Of a stretch of 55,385 nt of DNA, positions 25,419 to 34,719 are shown one piece after another. The notes under the pieces are model-generated. The model searched no databases and had not been told where the DNA came from. It was given only the letters and a program-made list of their open reading frames with translations. The stretch is from a virus (lineage: Duplodnaviria; Caudoviricetes): IMG/VR virus record IMGVR_UViG_3300046804_004030, positions 1-55,385 of that record, one strand, 5' to 3'. Position numbers and translations under genes: made by a program. Position 1 is the stretch's first letter, and every line of letters starts with the position of its first letter.

Positions 25419-25987
25419 GCAATTAGTTCAGATACGGATTTGTAGAGCTCGTCAAGCGTTCCTTTGTTGTCAATCTGGTGATTCCAGCCAGCAAAAGAAG
25501 CAAGGTCAATGTCAGACTGGTGAATGTCCTGCAGGCCAACTCTCCTTTCTTGCCGAACAACCTTGACAAGAAGGAAGCCCTTGCGCATCAGAAGTGCAGC
25601 TTCGTTGCGGAAGCGCATGTCATCAACGCAGATAGGCGCACGCGATGAATGACGATCAAACTTCTGCTCAAAAGCGTCAAGCCAGGTTGACTCTTTGATA
25701 AGCTTGCGCCCCCATTCTGTACCAAGCGTGCGAGCAAGGTGGCGATAGCTTTTGCCAACGCCAGGAATTGGCTGTTCCTTGGCTTGCCTGCAGTAATAGT
25801 CAATCTCTTCCATGGAAAGTCCATGGTGCATCAGGAAAGTCTCAATCATCTCCAGCAATGGAGACGCAAAGCTAAGTATCTCGTAGCCATAGTTAGCCGC
25901 AAGATAAGTTGCAATAGTGGACTTACCTTGCTGAGGTGTTGGACTCCAAAGTGCAATGTGCTTGAATGGCTTTTTTGCTTTAGTCAT
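25415..25987 (-). CDS. deoxynucleoside monophosphate kinase
   Basis: QGKSTIA P-loop, SFASPL, RTLGTEWGR, DDMRFRNEA, HQSD, IDNKGT. Confidence 0.9.
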   Translation of the reverse strand: MTKAKKPFKHIALWSPTPQQGKSTIATYLAANYGYEILSFASPLLEMIETFLMHHGLSMEEIDYYCRQAKEQPIPGVGKSYRHLARTLGTEWGRKLIKESTWLDAFEQKFDRHSSRAPICVDDMRFRNEAALLMRKGFLLVKVVRQERRVGLQDIHQSDIDLASFAGWNHQIDNKGTLDELYKSVSELIA

Positions 25988-26003
25988 GTCTTGAATGGCG
26001 TTT

Positions 26004-26360
26004 TCAGGAAAGTAGTTTCTCAAAAAGCTTGACAAGCACAACAGCCGGCCATACAGCTCCCATCAATAGTTTCTGATAAACAGGAACAGAGCTTGGAATA
26101 GCCCAAGTAAAACAAGCAGCACCAAAAGCAAGAAAGCAGCCCAGTGGGTCGAGCCTGTATTTGAATGGCATTTCCGTTAAAAAAGCGCCTTGAATGGGGT
26201 TTTCTGTCAGAGCTTCCTTGATCCTTTGCCTAATGTCCTGCCAAGCGTCAAAGGCGGCATTGTCTCTGTCGTAAAAACTTAAATGAGAGAAGTTGTACTT
26301 ACCTTGGCCTTCATTGTATGCAAGGACTTCTGCGCAAAGTTCGCGAAACATGCTGCTCAT
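26004..26360 (-). CDS. modular protein: FRELCAE N-terminus plus two C-terminal TM helices
   Basis: N-terminus shared with 6720..7319; hydrophobic C-terminus. Confidence 0.6.
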   Translation of the reverse strand: MSSMFRELCAEVLAYNEGQGKYNFSHLSFYDRDNAAFDAWQDIRQRIKEALTENPIQGAFLTEMPFKYRLDPLGCFLAFGAACFTWAIPSSVPVYQKLLMGAVWPAVVLVKLFEKLLS

Positions 26361-26361
26361 C

Positions 26362-26895
26362 TTATTGATCTCCGGTTGCGTGATAGCCCTGTGGAGTCAG
26401 CGCAGCAAACTCTTCATCGCTGAGGCGATTGCTATCAGCAATCTCCAGTGAAGGAAGATGGCCTGGATAGCTCAGCAGCGGCTCCACGTACTCGGGATCC
26501 AGCGTCGTGAAGGGGCTGGAATAGCCTCCCAGCAGGTCAACGGACTCAAGCTCCCGGTAGTAGCGCAACCGGGCTTCCCGCGCCTTCTGGGCCAGGGGGA
26601 GAGCGTTTTGCTGCCGCTCCAGCAGTGACTCAGGCAGGCCTTGATCCCGAATGTAAATCCTGAGGCCCATGAGCATCCAGTGGCGATCTGCAATACCCCG
26701 TTTCACAAGTTCATAAAACATGCGGGAAGTTGTCGGGAAGCCATCGTCCGGGAAAGCGGCTACAGAAACAAGTTCACCCGCTTTCGGCAAAAACTCTTCC
26801 TCAACCTGTTTGTCAAGGATCAATGCTTGAGCGCCATACAAGTGAGCCCTTGCGGTAGTGCAGTTACGGATCTGAACAGAAAGCTTGTAGTCCAT
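26362..26895 (-). CDS. hypothetical protein, paralogue of 30943..31278
   Basis: TARAHLYGA ... ARLRYYREL. Confidence 0.65.
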   Translation of the reverse strand: MDYKLSVQIRNCTTARAHLYGAQALILDKQVEEEFLPKAGELVSVAAFPDDGFPTTSRMFYELVKRGIADRHWMLMGLRIYIRDQGLPESLLERQQNALPLAQKAREARLRYYRELESVDLLGGYSSPFTTLDPEYVEPLLSYPGHLPSLEIADSNRLSDEEFAALTPQGYHATGDQ

Positions 26896-26898
26896 TGA

Positions 26899-27207
26899 TT
26901 AGTGAGTGGTGTTTGCAGTTGCTCGGCGGATCATTAGAACAGATCCTCCGCCAGATTCAATTGATTCAGCAATCCCGATCTTTGCCAGCCATTGCATAGC
27001 AATTAGCAGATCATGCTCTTGCTCCCATTCAACGCCGGCAAGCTTAATGGCAAAGCCAAAGCTAAGAAGTGCCTCGGTTGGACGCTTCCATTGCAGCGGA
27101 AGTGCAAGGCTTAATTTCGCCTTGTTGGCATTAAGCCATTCATCTGAACCAAGCGTTGGCTTGAGTCTTGCCGCTGAGGCGAGAATCTTGCCCCTGTTGT
27201 CTGACAT
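26899..27207 (-). CDS. hypothetical protein
   Basis: Operon packing. Confidence 0.55.
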   Translation of the reverse strand: MSDNRGKILASAARLKPTLGSDEWLNANKAKLSLALPLQWKRPTEALLSFGFAIKLAGVEWEQEHDLLIAMQWLAKIGIAESIESGGGSVLMIRRATANTTH

Positions 27208-27839
27208 AATTTATTAAACTGGGTTGGGTCAATACGGCGCCAGTGATAGCCAGCGCATGTACCGTTGATCCGCATGGCAGAATGAATGCCCTGTGGCGTG
27301 ACATAAAGCGCCTTGGCCGCAGCCCTGACGCTTGGGAAGATTCTACCAGATTCAATCGCCTGTACTGCCGTCCCAGAGCCCTTTCGCCTCGGGAAACGCG
27401 CTGCAATGGAATCCGCCAGGTCGGCATCCTCCAGTAACAGGAACAATCTGTCACGTTCGATGCCGCCGAACAGCTCTGGCTGCTCTTTGGCCAACTTAAC
27501 AAGATCGGAACGCCTAAAAAACCTTGGGTCGCAATGCTTTCCAGAATGGATAGTTGGAACGTAGCTACGTTCAGCCCATCTCTGGGGAATGTCGATTGCA
27601 ACGTCGAGTATTTCGGCGATCTTTCCTGAAGTAAGAAAGCATCCTTCAGCTTGCCTGGAGATTTTGTTTCTTGAACAAGCATTGAGCACGGCGGACTTTG
27701 TTCTTACCGGAAAACCAGCTCTCTTGGCCCAGCGATTGTAAGTTTCAATCACCTTTGGCGTGTAAGTAGAGCCTGCGATTGCCTCAAGTGAGGCGAGTTC
27801 TTCTGGCGTCCAAGGAATTCCGTTCAAGGCACCATCCAA
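27111..27839 (-). CDS. multi-HTH DNA-binding protein with NUMOD1-like C-terminal domain
   Basis: PWTPEE; LTSGKIAEILDV; VQAIESGRIFPSVRAAAKAL...CAGYHWRRI. Confidence 0.7.
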   Translation of the reverse strand: MDGALNGIPWTPEELASLEAIAGSTYTPKVIETYNRWAKRAGFPVRTKSAVLNACSRNKISRQAEGCFLTSGKIAEILDVAIDIPQRWAERSYVPTIHSGKHCDPRFFRRSDLVKLAKEQPELFGGIERDRLFLLLEDADLADSIAARFPRRKGSGTAVQAIESGRIFPSVRAAAKALYVTPQGIHSAMRINGTCAGYHWRRIDPTQFNKLCQTTGARFSPQRQDSSQRLVQMNGLMPTRRN

Positions 27840-28219
27840 GCTTGACGAGAAATACCAGGGTGAATAAGCTCACGCCTATCAGCAAGTCGCCTCATGGCAC
27901 GACTAAGGCGATGGCGCCAGATTTGTCTTCCTGCTGCGTTGATAGGTTTAAGATCAGCCGGAGAAAGCTGAACTCCACCTTCTTCAACCCAAGAAAACAC
28001 ATCTTTTGACCTAAAAATCTCACCGCTTGGGTGGTTTTTGATCCAATGCTCACGAATTAAAGCGCTCCAAGCACTAACATCCAGCGCATCGCTCAACGTT
28101 CTTGCTCCTCCTGTTGTTTTTCGTGGCCAATCTCTTGAAGCAGGTAAAGCCCAAAACCAACATGGCTGGCAATAGCGTGCTTTCCAGGGGGCGAATTTGG
28201 AAAACTCTGCTTCCACCAA
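27824..28219 (-). CDS. hypothetical winged-helix-like protein (true start probably internal)
   Basis: WRHRLSRAMRRL...ELIHPG...W. Confidence 0.5.
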   Translation of the reverse strand: MVEAEFSKFAPWKARYCQPCWFWALPASRDWPRKTTGGARTLSDALDVSAWSALIREHWIKNHPSGEIFRSKDVFSWVEEGGVQLSPADLKPINAAGRQIWRHRLSRAMRRLADRRELIHPGISRQAWMVP

Positions 28220-28250
28220 TCGCGAAACTTTGATTCAAGTTGAGATTCGT

Positions 28251-28718
28251 TCATTGCTGAGTTGAAGTTTGTTCAAAGTTAGAGCAGTAGGAAGCGAATG
28301 TCAAGCCCTCCTCAATGGGGTCAACATGGCCAAGTCCACATGGATCTTTTTCGACAGTGGTGTAATGAATACACTTCCTACAAGTTTTTCTACCAGGCTT
28401 TGTCTTGTCCTTGAACCTCGGAATCTCTGGATGAACATTAGGATGCAGCTCACCTCTGCGAATTTTGCCGACAGTTGACAGTGAACAACCATGGCGAGCC
28501 GACAAGACAGTCTGAGGGGCTTTTGTTGTCAGGATGTCAAAAATTATGTCATCAGAAAGCCTGACGGCTGGTACGGACGTAGGAGGTTTTTCACCGTTCC
28601 AGATAGTCCACCGATGCCCACAATCCTTGCAGCAAAAGCGGCGGCGAATGTCACCACCTTTCTTTCGACGCATGTCAGCGACATACGCTCTGCCACTACA
28701 TTTTTCGCATGGGGTCAT
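28251..28718 (-). CDS. Zn-ribbon (NrdR N-terminus-like) plus HTH protein
   Basis: CEKC...RRRFCCKDCGHRWT; LSARHGCSLSTVGKIRRG; C-terminal CRKC..C..C. Confidence 0.75.
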   Translation of the reverse strand: MTPCEKCSGRAYVADMRRKKGGDIRRRFCCKDCGHRWTIWNGEKPPTSVPAVRLSDDIIFDILTTKAPQTVLSARHGCSLSTVGKIRRGELHPNVHPEIPRFKDKTKPGRKTCRKCIHYTTVEKDPCGLGHVDPIEEGLTFASYCSNFEQTSTQQ

Positions 28719-28756
28719 GTTACAACTGGCTAAACATTAAGTTGCATCAAGCCGTG

Positions 28757-29377
28757 TCAGGGGGTGGGGAACGGCAGGGCGTGGGCGGGGAGCCAGTGTG
28801 ACCACTCCATCCACTTGAGAGGCGGACGCGGAAGCAGATCCCATCGCTCTGCGCCGGCATGAAACCACCAGCACTCGCCCTCGTCGCTGCACTCTGCGTC
28901 GTACGGCAGCCGCTCGCTCACCGGGATGGGGGTGATGGCGGGGCGGCCCCAGCGGGCGAGGGCGTCCGCAGCGGCGTGGAATATCCTCGGCGCGTGCCAT
29001 TCGGGCTTGTGGATGATCGTGTCCGGCCCTGGATAGTTGCGGCAGAAATACGCGGTGAAGCTGGCCAGGGCTTCATCCGTCAGCCCCACCGGCTCCGGCT
29101 GGGGCGGCACCAGGATGCTGCGGCCTTCATGCTGAACGACCTGCATCATCGTCGTCTGGTCGCAGGGGATCGGCGTGAACTCCACCGGCTCCGGCTGGGC
29201 CAGGCGCTCCAACAGGTCTGCAACGCGGCTGTACCGGCACTGTTCCTCTGGGTTGTGCTCACCAGCCAGCTCGCGCATGGAGCGCAGCCACTCCACCAGC
29301 TCTGCCACCTCTCCCTCGGCGGCCGGGCCCGGCTGGGCTAGGGAATTGTTCGTGTTAAATGGTTGGTTGTTAGACAT
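28757..29377 (-). CDS. modular hypothetical protein with ARWGRPAI/HWLP module (DUF551-like)
   Basis: ARWGRPAITPIPVSERLP...ECWWF...SHWLPAHALP. Confidence 0.7.
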   Translation of the reverse strand: MSNNQPFNTNNSLAQPGPAAEGEVAELVEWLRSMRELAGEHNPEEQCRYSRVADLLERLAQPEPVEFTPIPCDQTTMMQVVQHEGRSILVPPQPEPVGLTDEALASFTAYFCRNYPGPDTIIHKPEWHAPRIFHAAADALARWGRPAITPIPVSERLPYDAECSDEGECWWFHAGAERWDLLPRPPLKWMEWSHWLPAHALPFPTP

Positions 29378-29816
29378 GAGCGATAAGAGATGGGTGGGCA
29401 AATTGGTCTTGAAGTTCAAGGGCAGCTTTTGCGTAGGCCGCTGCAGCTTCTTCTGGTGTAGCAAAAGTCCCCAAAAGCCTATTGCGTCCATTGCGATCTT
29501 GGATCTGCGCACGCCACTTGCCATAGTGGGGTGAAACACCTTTCAATCCGCACTTGTTAGTGACAAGGACAGGGCGGTTGTACTGATTCTGAGTCCTGGT
29601 AGCCAATCGCAAGTTTTTTATCCTGTCGTCATTCTTGATTCCGTTAATGTGGTCTACTTCCATTTCTCCGGGCTCGCCATTGAAGAAACACCAGACAATG
29701 CGATGCCTCTTGTAACTGGCCCCGTTGACCCTGATTCCGTGGTAGCCGTTTTGCTGTAGCCAGCCGGCGGGCTTGTTCAGGTCGATTTGGCTGTTATGGC
29801 GACGTTTCCAAAACAA
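29370..29816 (-). CDS. HNH endonuclease with AP2-like domain (homing endonuclease type), start uncertain
   Basis: HRIVW, VDHINGIKNDDRIKNLR, NQYN, KGVS...WRAQI...LGTFATPEEAAAAY. Confidence 0.88.
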   Translation of the reverse strand: MFWKRRHNSQIDLNKPAGWLQQNGYHGIRVNGASYKRHRIVWCFFNGEPGEMEVDHINGIKNDDRIKNLRLATRTQNQYNRPVLVTNKCGLKGVSPHYGKWRAQIQDRNGRNRLLGTFATPEEAAAAYAKAALELQDQFAHPSLIAHV

Positions 29817-30064
29817 TGCACCATCGGAAGCAGTGGGCCATAGGGCTTGTCGTCGCTGAGATCGTCAGCATTGACTGTCTCAATGTCTTTCCACTCTCCG
29901 CCGCGCTGGCTCCATCCCTGCGTCCAGGTGAAATACCCCTGGAGCTTGAGATGGGTCGCACCCTCCTCGGTGCGATAGCGGACGAGTCGGTAGACATCGG
30001 GCACTCTCTTGTCGGTTCGCGCAGCAGTGATCTGAAGCTCCGTGGTGACTTGCTGGTTGTCCAT
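29777..30064 (-). CDS. hypothetical protein
   Basis: GGAGGA upstream. Confidence 0.6.
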   Translation of the reverse strand: MDNQQVTTELQITAARTDKRVPDVYRLVRYRTEEGATHLKLQGYFTWTQGWSQRGGEWKDIETVNADDLSDDKPYGPLLPMVHCFGNVAITAKST

Positions 30065-30156
30065 GTTCTTAGTCCTCCTGTCCTGTAGTGGTTTGCGGCC
30101 CGCCCTTCAGTTCGGCGGCGATGGCGAAAAGTTGGCTGCGGATCCAGCGGTCAGAT

Positions 30157-30420
30157 TTAAGCATCAGATTCAGCGGAGAACACGCATTGGAAAACGTGCA
30201 CATCGCCGTCGTTCCACCAGGCTTCACCAAAGCGGTTGTGGTGGTCAGGGAGCTTGTGCGGGAATGGTGCATCCACTTTGTAGATGACAGTGCGGCCAAC
30301 CTTTATCGCCCAGGCCATTGCAGCCGAAAGCGTGTTGAAACCCCTTACTGGTGCTTTGATGTAGCCGGTTGCGCGATAAAGCCGCGCTTTTTTGGGTGTA
30401 GTGGCGTGATACAAGATCAT
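30157..30420 (-). CDS. hypothetical protein
   Basis: MILYHATT...; ATGA overlap. Confidence 0.65.
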   Translation of the reverse strand: MILYHATTPKKARLYRATGYIKAPVRGFNTLSAAMAWAIKVGRTVIYKVDAPFPHKLPDHHNRFGEAWWNDGDVHVFQCVFSAESDA

Positions 30421-30632
30421 TGCTTGCCCTCCAGTTCGGCGGCGATATGGTCCAGAAAATCCGATGATGCTTCAATGCCTTCCATGTACTTCGGATGGCA
30501 GATGTCGCCAATTAGGCTCGTGATTCGATATGAAGCAGCGCGGAGGGCGGCGGCGGCGATTTCATCGGCTGGCGCTGGACTGATCTCCGTGATGGCATCC
30601 AGCACCGCTTGCGCAGCGGGGGAGAGGCTCAC
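30417..30632 (-). CDS. hypothetical protein, LSPAAQAVLDA/AAALR family
   Basis: LSPAAQAVLDA...IAAAALRAA...IAAELEG. Confidence 0.7.
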   Translation of the reverse strand: MSLSPAAQAVLDAITEISPAPADEIAAAALRAASYRITSLIGDICHPKYMEGIEASSDFLDHIAAELEGKQ

Positions 30633-30946
30633 GGCTCCACCTCTGCTGGTTTCTTCATGCCCTTGATGTTTTCGTAGCGGCTATTTGTCAGCTCCAGTTG
30701 GCGACGGGCGGCCTTGACTGCATCTTCCTCTCTCTGCAACAGAAATGCGTGTGCTTCCTCCCATGTGTCGTGATAGGCGTGCGTTTGAGAGAGTTTGTTT
30801 TCGCGCTCCGGTTGTGGCAGGTGGCGACCATCCTTTTGCCAGAGATCAGTGAGCAGCCAGACAGAACACTTGGTTTCCTTGGCGCACTCAACACGCCGGA
30901 TCCTGTCTCTCCAATCGGTGCGCCACTTGATGATGGATTGCGTCAC
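30629..30946 (-). CDS. hypothetical protein
   Basis: GTGA overlaps. Confidence 0.65.
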   Translation of the reverse strand: MTQSIIKWRTDWRDRIRRVECAKETKCSVWLLTDLWQKDGRHLPQPERENKLSQTHAYHDTWEEAHAFLLQREEDAVKAARRQLELTNSRYENIKGMKKPAEVEP

Positions 30947-31278
30947 GGTTCCACCCCCAGCCGCTCAGCGGCCTCCCAGCGGTGGCCCACCAGGGCCTGG
31001 GCGGCGGCGACTTCCCGCCAGTAGCGGCGGCGGGCGGCGGCGGCACAACGCCACGCCAACTTGTAAGCATCCCAAGCCGGCAGCCATACCGCTTGAAACT
31101 CCTTAGTGGCACCTTCAATGCCACCAGGATGCGCAAATGCGTCTGTAAGGTCTGGCGGCTCGGGGATCAAGGCTCTGGCCTCTCGGACCAGTCGCCCCAA
31201 CTCCGCCGCCTCAGCCCCAGCCAGATGCGCCCTGGCGGTGATGCTGCGGCAGAGGGCTAGACGGAGATCGTGGTTCAT
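30943..31278 (-). CDS. hypothetical protein, paralogue of 26362..26895
   Basis: TARAHLAGA ... ARRRYWREV. Confidence 0.65.
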   Translation of the reverse strand: MNHDLRLALCRSITARAHLAGAEAAELGRLVREARALIPEPPDLTDAFAHPGGIEGATKEFQAVWLPAWDAYKLAWRCAAAARRRYWREVAAAQALVGHRWEAAERLGVEP

Positions 31279-31378
31279 CGAAACATCCTCCAGGTGATAG
31301 CGGTAAAGCAGCCGATCATCGTCAGCGGGACGATCAGGTCCAGTGCCTGAGACGCGATCTGTGGCCAGGTGGCGTCAG

Positions 31379-31789
31379 TCATCGCTGTTGCTCCAGCGTT
31401 GAACATTCGTTTTGCGCATTCATTAGGTTCTCGTGTGATACAGACTCTGACGGGCATCCGCCAGATGGATCCACAATAGCACCAGTAGGGCTGATCTGCA
31501 AAGGAGCGGCCCACAGCTCAAATGCACGCTGCACCAGTGGCACGATCTGCCACGGGACGCCATCGGGGAAGAATTCGTCGGCGAGCTGCAGGATCTGGCG
31601 CTGGGTCGGCTGTGGGCTGATGGCTGGCTTGGCGGCAAACAATGCAATACCGGCGCGAAGAAACTTACCTGGGCTCACAGGTTCATAACCAATGACGACA
31701 TCAGTGCCGTCTGGCTGTGTGTGGTGAATTTCTTGGCGAATTGAATTGAAGAGTTCCTGAGCCTGCTCATCGGTTGGGTAAATAGTCAT
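31379..31789 (-). CDS. hypothetical protein
   Basis: Start at MTIYPTDEQ. Confidence 0.55.
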   Translation of the reverse strand: MTIYPTDEQAQELFNSIRQEIHHTQPDGTDVVIGYEPVSPGKFLRAGIALFAAKPAISPQPTQRQILQLADEFFPDGVPWQIVPLVQRAFELWAAPLQISPTGAIVDPSGGCPSESVSHENLMNAQNECSTLEQQR

Positions 31790-31805
31790 TGCGAAATCCA
31801 CCCGA

Positions 31806-32705
31806 TCAAGCTTTCGCCCAGTCAATGCAAATCGCCGGATGAAGTGTGCCATCAACAATAGCTTCGGCAACGTGCGAGCGATCCTTATGTGCCATCGCCT
31901 TGACCAGGGACTGGATCAGGCTTTCGCGCATCAGCTCGGCCTCAATCTGCACCTCATTCACCGGCTCGGCCTCTACGCGGGCCTCCAGCTCCATCGCACG
32001 CTGCTCTGCCTCCTGGGCTCGCCGCTCAGCTTCCTCAGCCCGCTGCTCAGCCTCTGCGGCAACCTCCTGACGGATCCGCTCGATCCGCTCAGCCTCCTCC
32101 TTTGCAGCCTTCTCAGCACGGAGAACTTCAAGCTCGGCCTGCTCAGCTTCCCTGATACGAAGTTCGTCCAAGAGCTGCTTAAGCTTCTCCTCGGCCTCGG
32201 CTTGGCGATTAACGCCAGCCTTACTGAACTCTTCAAGACTCTCAACATCAATAGCCGCAAGTTCAAGCAAACGCTCCTGGGCTTCAGCTAATGTCGTCAC
32301 TCCTTCCGTAAGTTGAGCGATCCTATCAAGGACGGCTCGGTGCGCAGCAATACGCGCCTCCTCCCTGGCTTCAATCGCCTTGATCTCCCTGTCGTGCGGC
32401 TCAATCAACCTGAGAACAGATGCCTCAAGCTCTTTGGCAGCAGCGTCAACGGCTCTGCCACGCTGAAGGTGAACATCTTTTGCGGCCTTGCGAGCACGCT
32501 CAATAGATGCTTTGATCTTGCGAAGCTCTGCAACCCATGAACGAGCCTGCCTGTTACCTTGCTTTGACTCGTAGTCAAACTGCTTGGTCAGCGACTGTTC
32601 AGCTGCAATCGCAATGTCATGCTGAAGTGCCTCAAACCTACTGATTGCTTGAATTTCTTCTTCAAAAACAATTGAAGTGACTTCCTGTGCTTGGGTTGAT
32701 GTCAT
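31806..32705 (-). CDS. coiled-coil phage protein
   Basis: FDYESKQGNRQARSWVAELRKIKASIERARK followed by E/A/R-rich helix. Confidence 0.75.
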   Translation of the reverse strand: MTSTQAQEVTSIVFEEEIQAISRFEALQHDIAIAAEQSLTKQFDYESKQGNRQARSWVAELRKIKASIERARKAAKDVHLQRGRAVDAAAKELEASVLRLIEPHDREIKAIEAREEARIAAHRAVLDRIAQLTEGVTTLAEAQERLLELAAIDVESLEEFSKAGVNRQAEAEEKLKQLLDELRIREAEQAELEVLRAEKAAKEEAERIERIRQEVAAEAEQRAEEAERRAQEAEQRAMELEARVEAEPVNEVQIEAELMRESLIQSLVKAMAHKDRSHVAEAIVDGTLHPAICIDWAKA

Positions 32706-32905
32706 TGGTTTTGCTGAGTGGTTAAATTAAGGTGTTCGCCAAGAACCTTGATGTGCATTCGTATGACATAATTTTTAAGGGTTTTTTCGTCATTAGTCAG
32801 ATCAAGTCCCCACTTTTCTTTAGCCCTGATAATGTCAACTACATCGTCTACAAAATCTGCAGGAGTCTGCAAAAACTCCTCGTAAGTCAAACAGCGGTTT
32901 GCCAT
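32702..32905 (-). CDS. hypothetical protein
   Basis: ATGA overlap. Confidence 0.55.
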   Translation of the reverse strand: MANRCLTYEEFLQTPADFVDDVVDIIRAKEKWGLDLTNDEKTLKNYVIRMHIKVLGEHLNLTTQQNQ

Positions 32906-32908
32906 TTT

Positions 32909-33643
32909 CTAGACAACCACTTGAGGAAGAATCTTACTGGTTTCATCACTGGTGAAAACGGATTCGGGATCTACTGGTGTGAACTCGCGCAAAAAGCTGC
33001 CGATTGAGCTTCTAAAAGTTTTTCCCTCTGGAGTTCTTCCAATAACTCGATAGCCACCGTAAACAACAACAAACAGGCCCCGGTCCTCGTGTCTAATTTG
33101 TCGCCAAACCGAACCAGTCTTGACCCTTGGTGAGGGAGGCTCCTTCGGCTTTTCTTTGACAACTTCTGCAATTGCCCGTTCAGCCCGAATCCTGTCCCCA
33201 AGCCCCTGCCAACCTTCTTTGTTTAAGAGTGCGCAACAAGCTTCGCGCTCAACACGCATTTCATGTTGCTGGAGCAGCGCCAAACCCTCAAAAGCATAGT
33301 CCTCGGCTTGCTTATAGGTTAGCGTGCCATCGTCTTCTTGATAGCGATATGTATGATCGCCCATTCTGATACGAATGGCATAAAGCGCCTCAATAGCAGC
33401 GTGTTCGGCGGCAAGACGAGCAAGCTCGTAAGCAGCCGCCTCGGGCTTATCTTCAGTGCCAAACAGCTGCTGGCACCATTCATCAACAAGCTCAAACAGT
33501 TCTTCGCGCAGAAAAGCAGGTGGCCCCTGCTCAGGAAATGAAGAAGTTGAGGTAGTCATTGAAGCTCCAGACAAAAGCGAAGTTTCCTGGGATTTCCCAG
33601 CTTGATCGGTCGTGGAGTGTTCCATCGGCATTAAATTGTTCAA
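32909..33643 (-). CDS. hypothetical protein (start uncertain)
   Basis: ELVDEW...EREACC resembles the 4519 family. Confidence 0.55.
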   Translation of the reverse strand: MNNLMPMEHSTTDQAGKSQETSLLSGASMTTSTSSFPEQGPPAFLREELFELVDEWCQQLFGTEDKPEAAAYELARLAAEHAAIEALYAIRIRMGDHTYRYQEDDGTLTYKQAEDYAFEGLALLQQHEMRVEREACCALLNKEGWQGLGDRIRAERAIAEVVKEKPKEPPSPRVKTGSVWRQIRHEDRGLFVVVYGGYRVIGRTPEGKTFRSSIGSFLREFTPVDPESVFTSDETSKILPQVVV

Positions 33644-33788
33644 TCATGTAGCGGCCTTGGTTATGCCAGTAGAGGCGGCCAATGTGACCACCTTCGGCAC
33701 CTATCTCAATGAAAGCTTGGTCTTCTGGCTCATGTAATTTGCTGCAGTCTTCAAGGCTTAGGTATTCAAGCGGATCTTTCCACATCAC
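33531..33788 (-). CDS. hypothetical protein
   Basis: GTGA overlap. Confidence 0.5.
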   Translation of the reverse strand: MMWKDPLEYLSLEDCSKLHEPEDQAFIEIGAEGGHIGRLYWHNQGRYMIEQFNADGTLHDRSSWEIPGNFAFVWSFNDYLNFFIS

Positions 33789-34066
33789 TTAACGCGCTCT
33801 TGTTTTGATTCCAGCCAAAGAAGTACGGCTTCATTGGTGAAAACCGTTGTAATCATCAAGCCGGAAAAAAGCGTAAGAGCAGCCATCAACACGATTCCGC
33901 TTGTTCGCTGACTACTTTGCTGCCGCTCCTTAGCAGCAAGATACTGCCAGAGAACCTCACGCTGATGCTGGTGGCCTTTATCCCAGCTATCATGTCGGCC
34001 AAGATGATGATCCTTCTTAATGTTTACCGGATGGCGTGAATTCAGAAAACCCAGTGATGTTGGCAT
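33785..34066 (-). CDS. membrane protein
   Basis: GIVLMAALTLFSGLMITTVF. Confidence 0.5.
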   Translation of the reverse strand: MPTSLGFLNSRHPVNIKKDHHLGRHDSWDKGHQHQREVLWQYLAAKERQQSSQRTSGIVLMAALTLFSGLMITTVFTNEAVLLWLESKQERVK

Positions 34067-34392
34067 TTTGGTGTCTTGACTTAAAGGATTCAATTGATCG
34101 CTCAACTGTCCAGTCTGAAGGGGATACCCATTCAATCTCTTCCTTGATTGCGTGTCCATGCTCAGCAGTTGTGTAGTAGATTGTTAGGATTGGCATAAAA
34201 TTACCATGATCGCTGACTGCGAAGAGATGGATTTCGCTCCTCAACAGTCAGAGACGGATGCTCATCAAAATCCGCTGGATCAGGATCCAGGTCATCGTCA
34301 TAGCATTTCGGTGGATCATCAACCTCATCGAAACCCATGGCACACCATTCGTCCTCAGAAATCAGATGCCTTGGTGACATTGTTGTGATAGA

Positions 34393-34719
34393 TCAGGGTT
34401 GTGGTAGTGGTGGAAGCGGCTCCCATAAAAACTGAAGGTCGCTTTTTACTTTGAGCGAGAATGCAGCTCCGTCATCAGAAACAGCAAGAACTAGCCCGTT
34501 AGCTGTAATGAGCTGGGCTATCTTGCGAGTTGGTCGCTTTTTGGCTTCTTTGATAGGCATTGCTTCGTGAATACGTATCCAAGGCTGATATGGAAGTACG
34601 CAATCCCATTTGACAACGCGAAAGCCGGGATCTTCACCGTCCGCCTGAACAAGAACATCTCCGTCGTCATCACCGTCTTCAACTGTCGGAGGTGGATAGG
34701 TGATCCATGGGCCTGCCAT
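34393..34719 (-). CDS. hypothetical protein
   Basis: WITYPPPTVEDGDDDGDVLV...WEPLPPLPQP; TGATG overlap. Confidence 0.65.
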   Translation of the reverse strand: MAGPWITYPPPTVEDGDDDGDVLVQADGEDPGFRVVKWDCVLPYQPWIRIHEAMPIKEAKKRPTRKIAQLITANGLVLAVSDDGAAFSLKVKSDLQFLWEPLPPLPQP

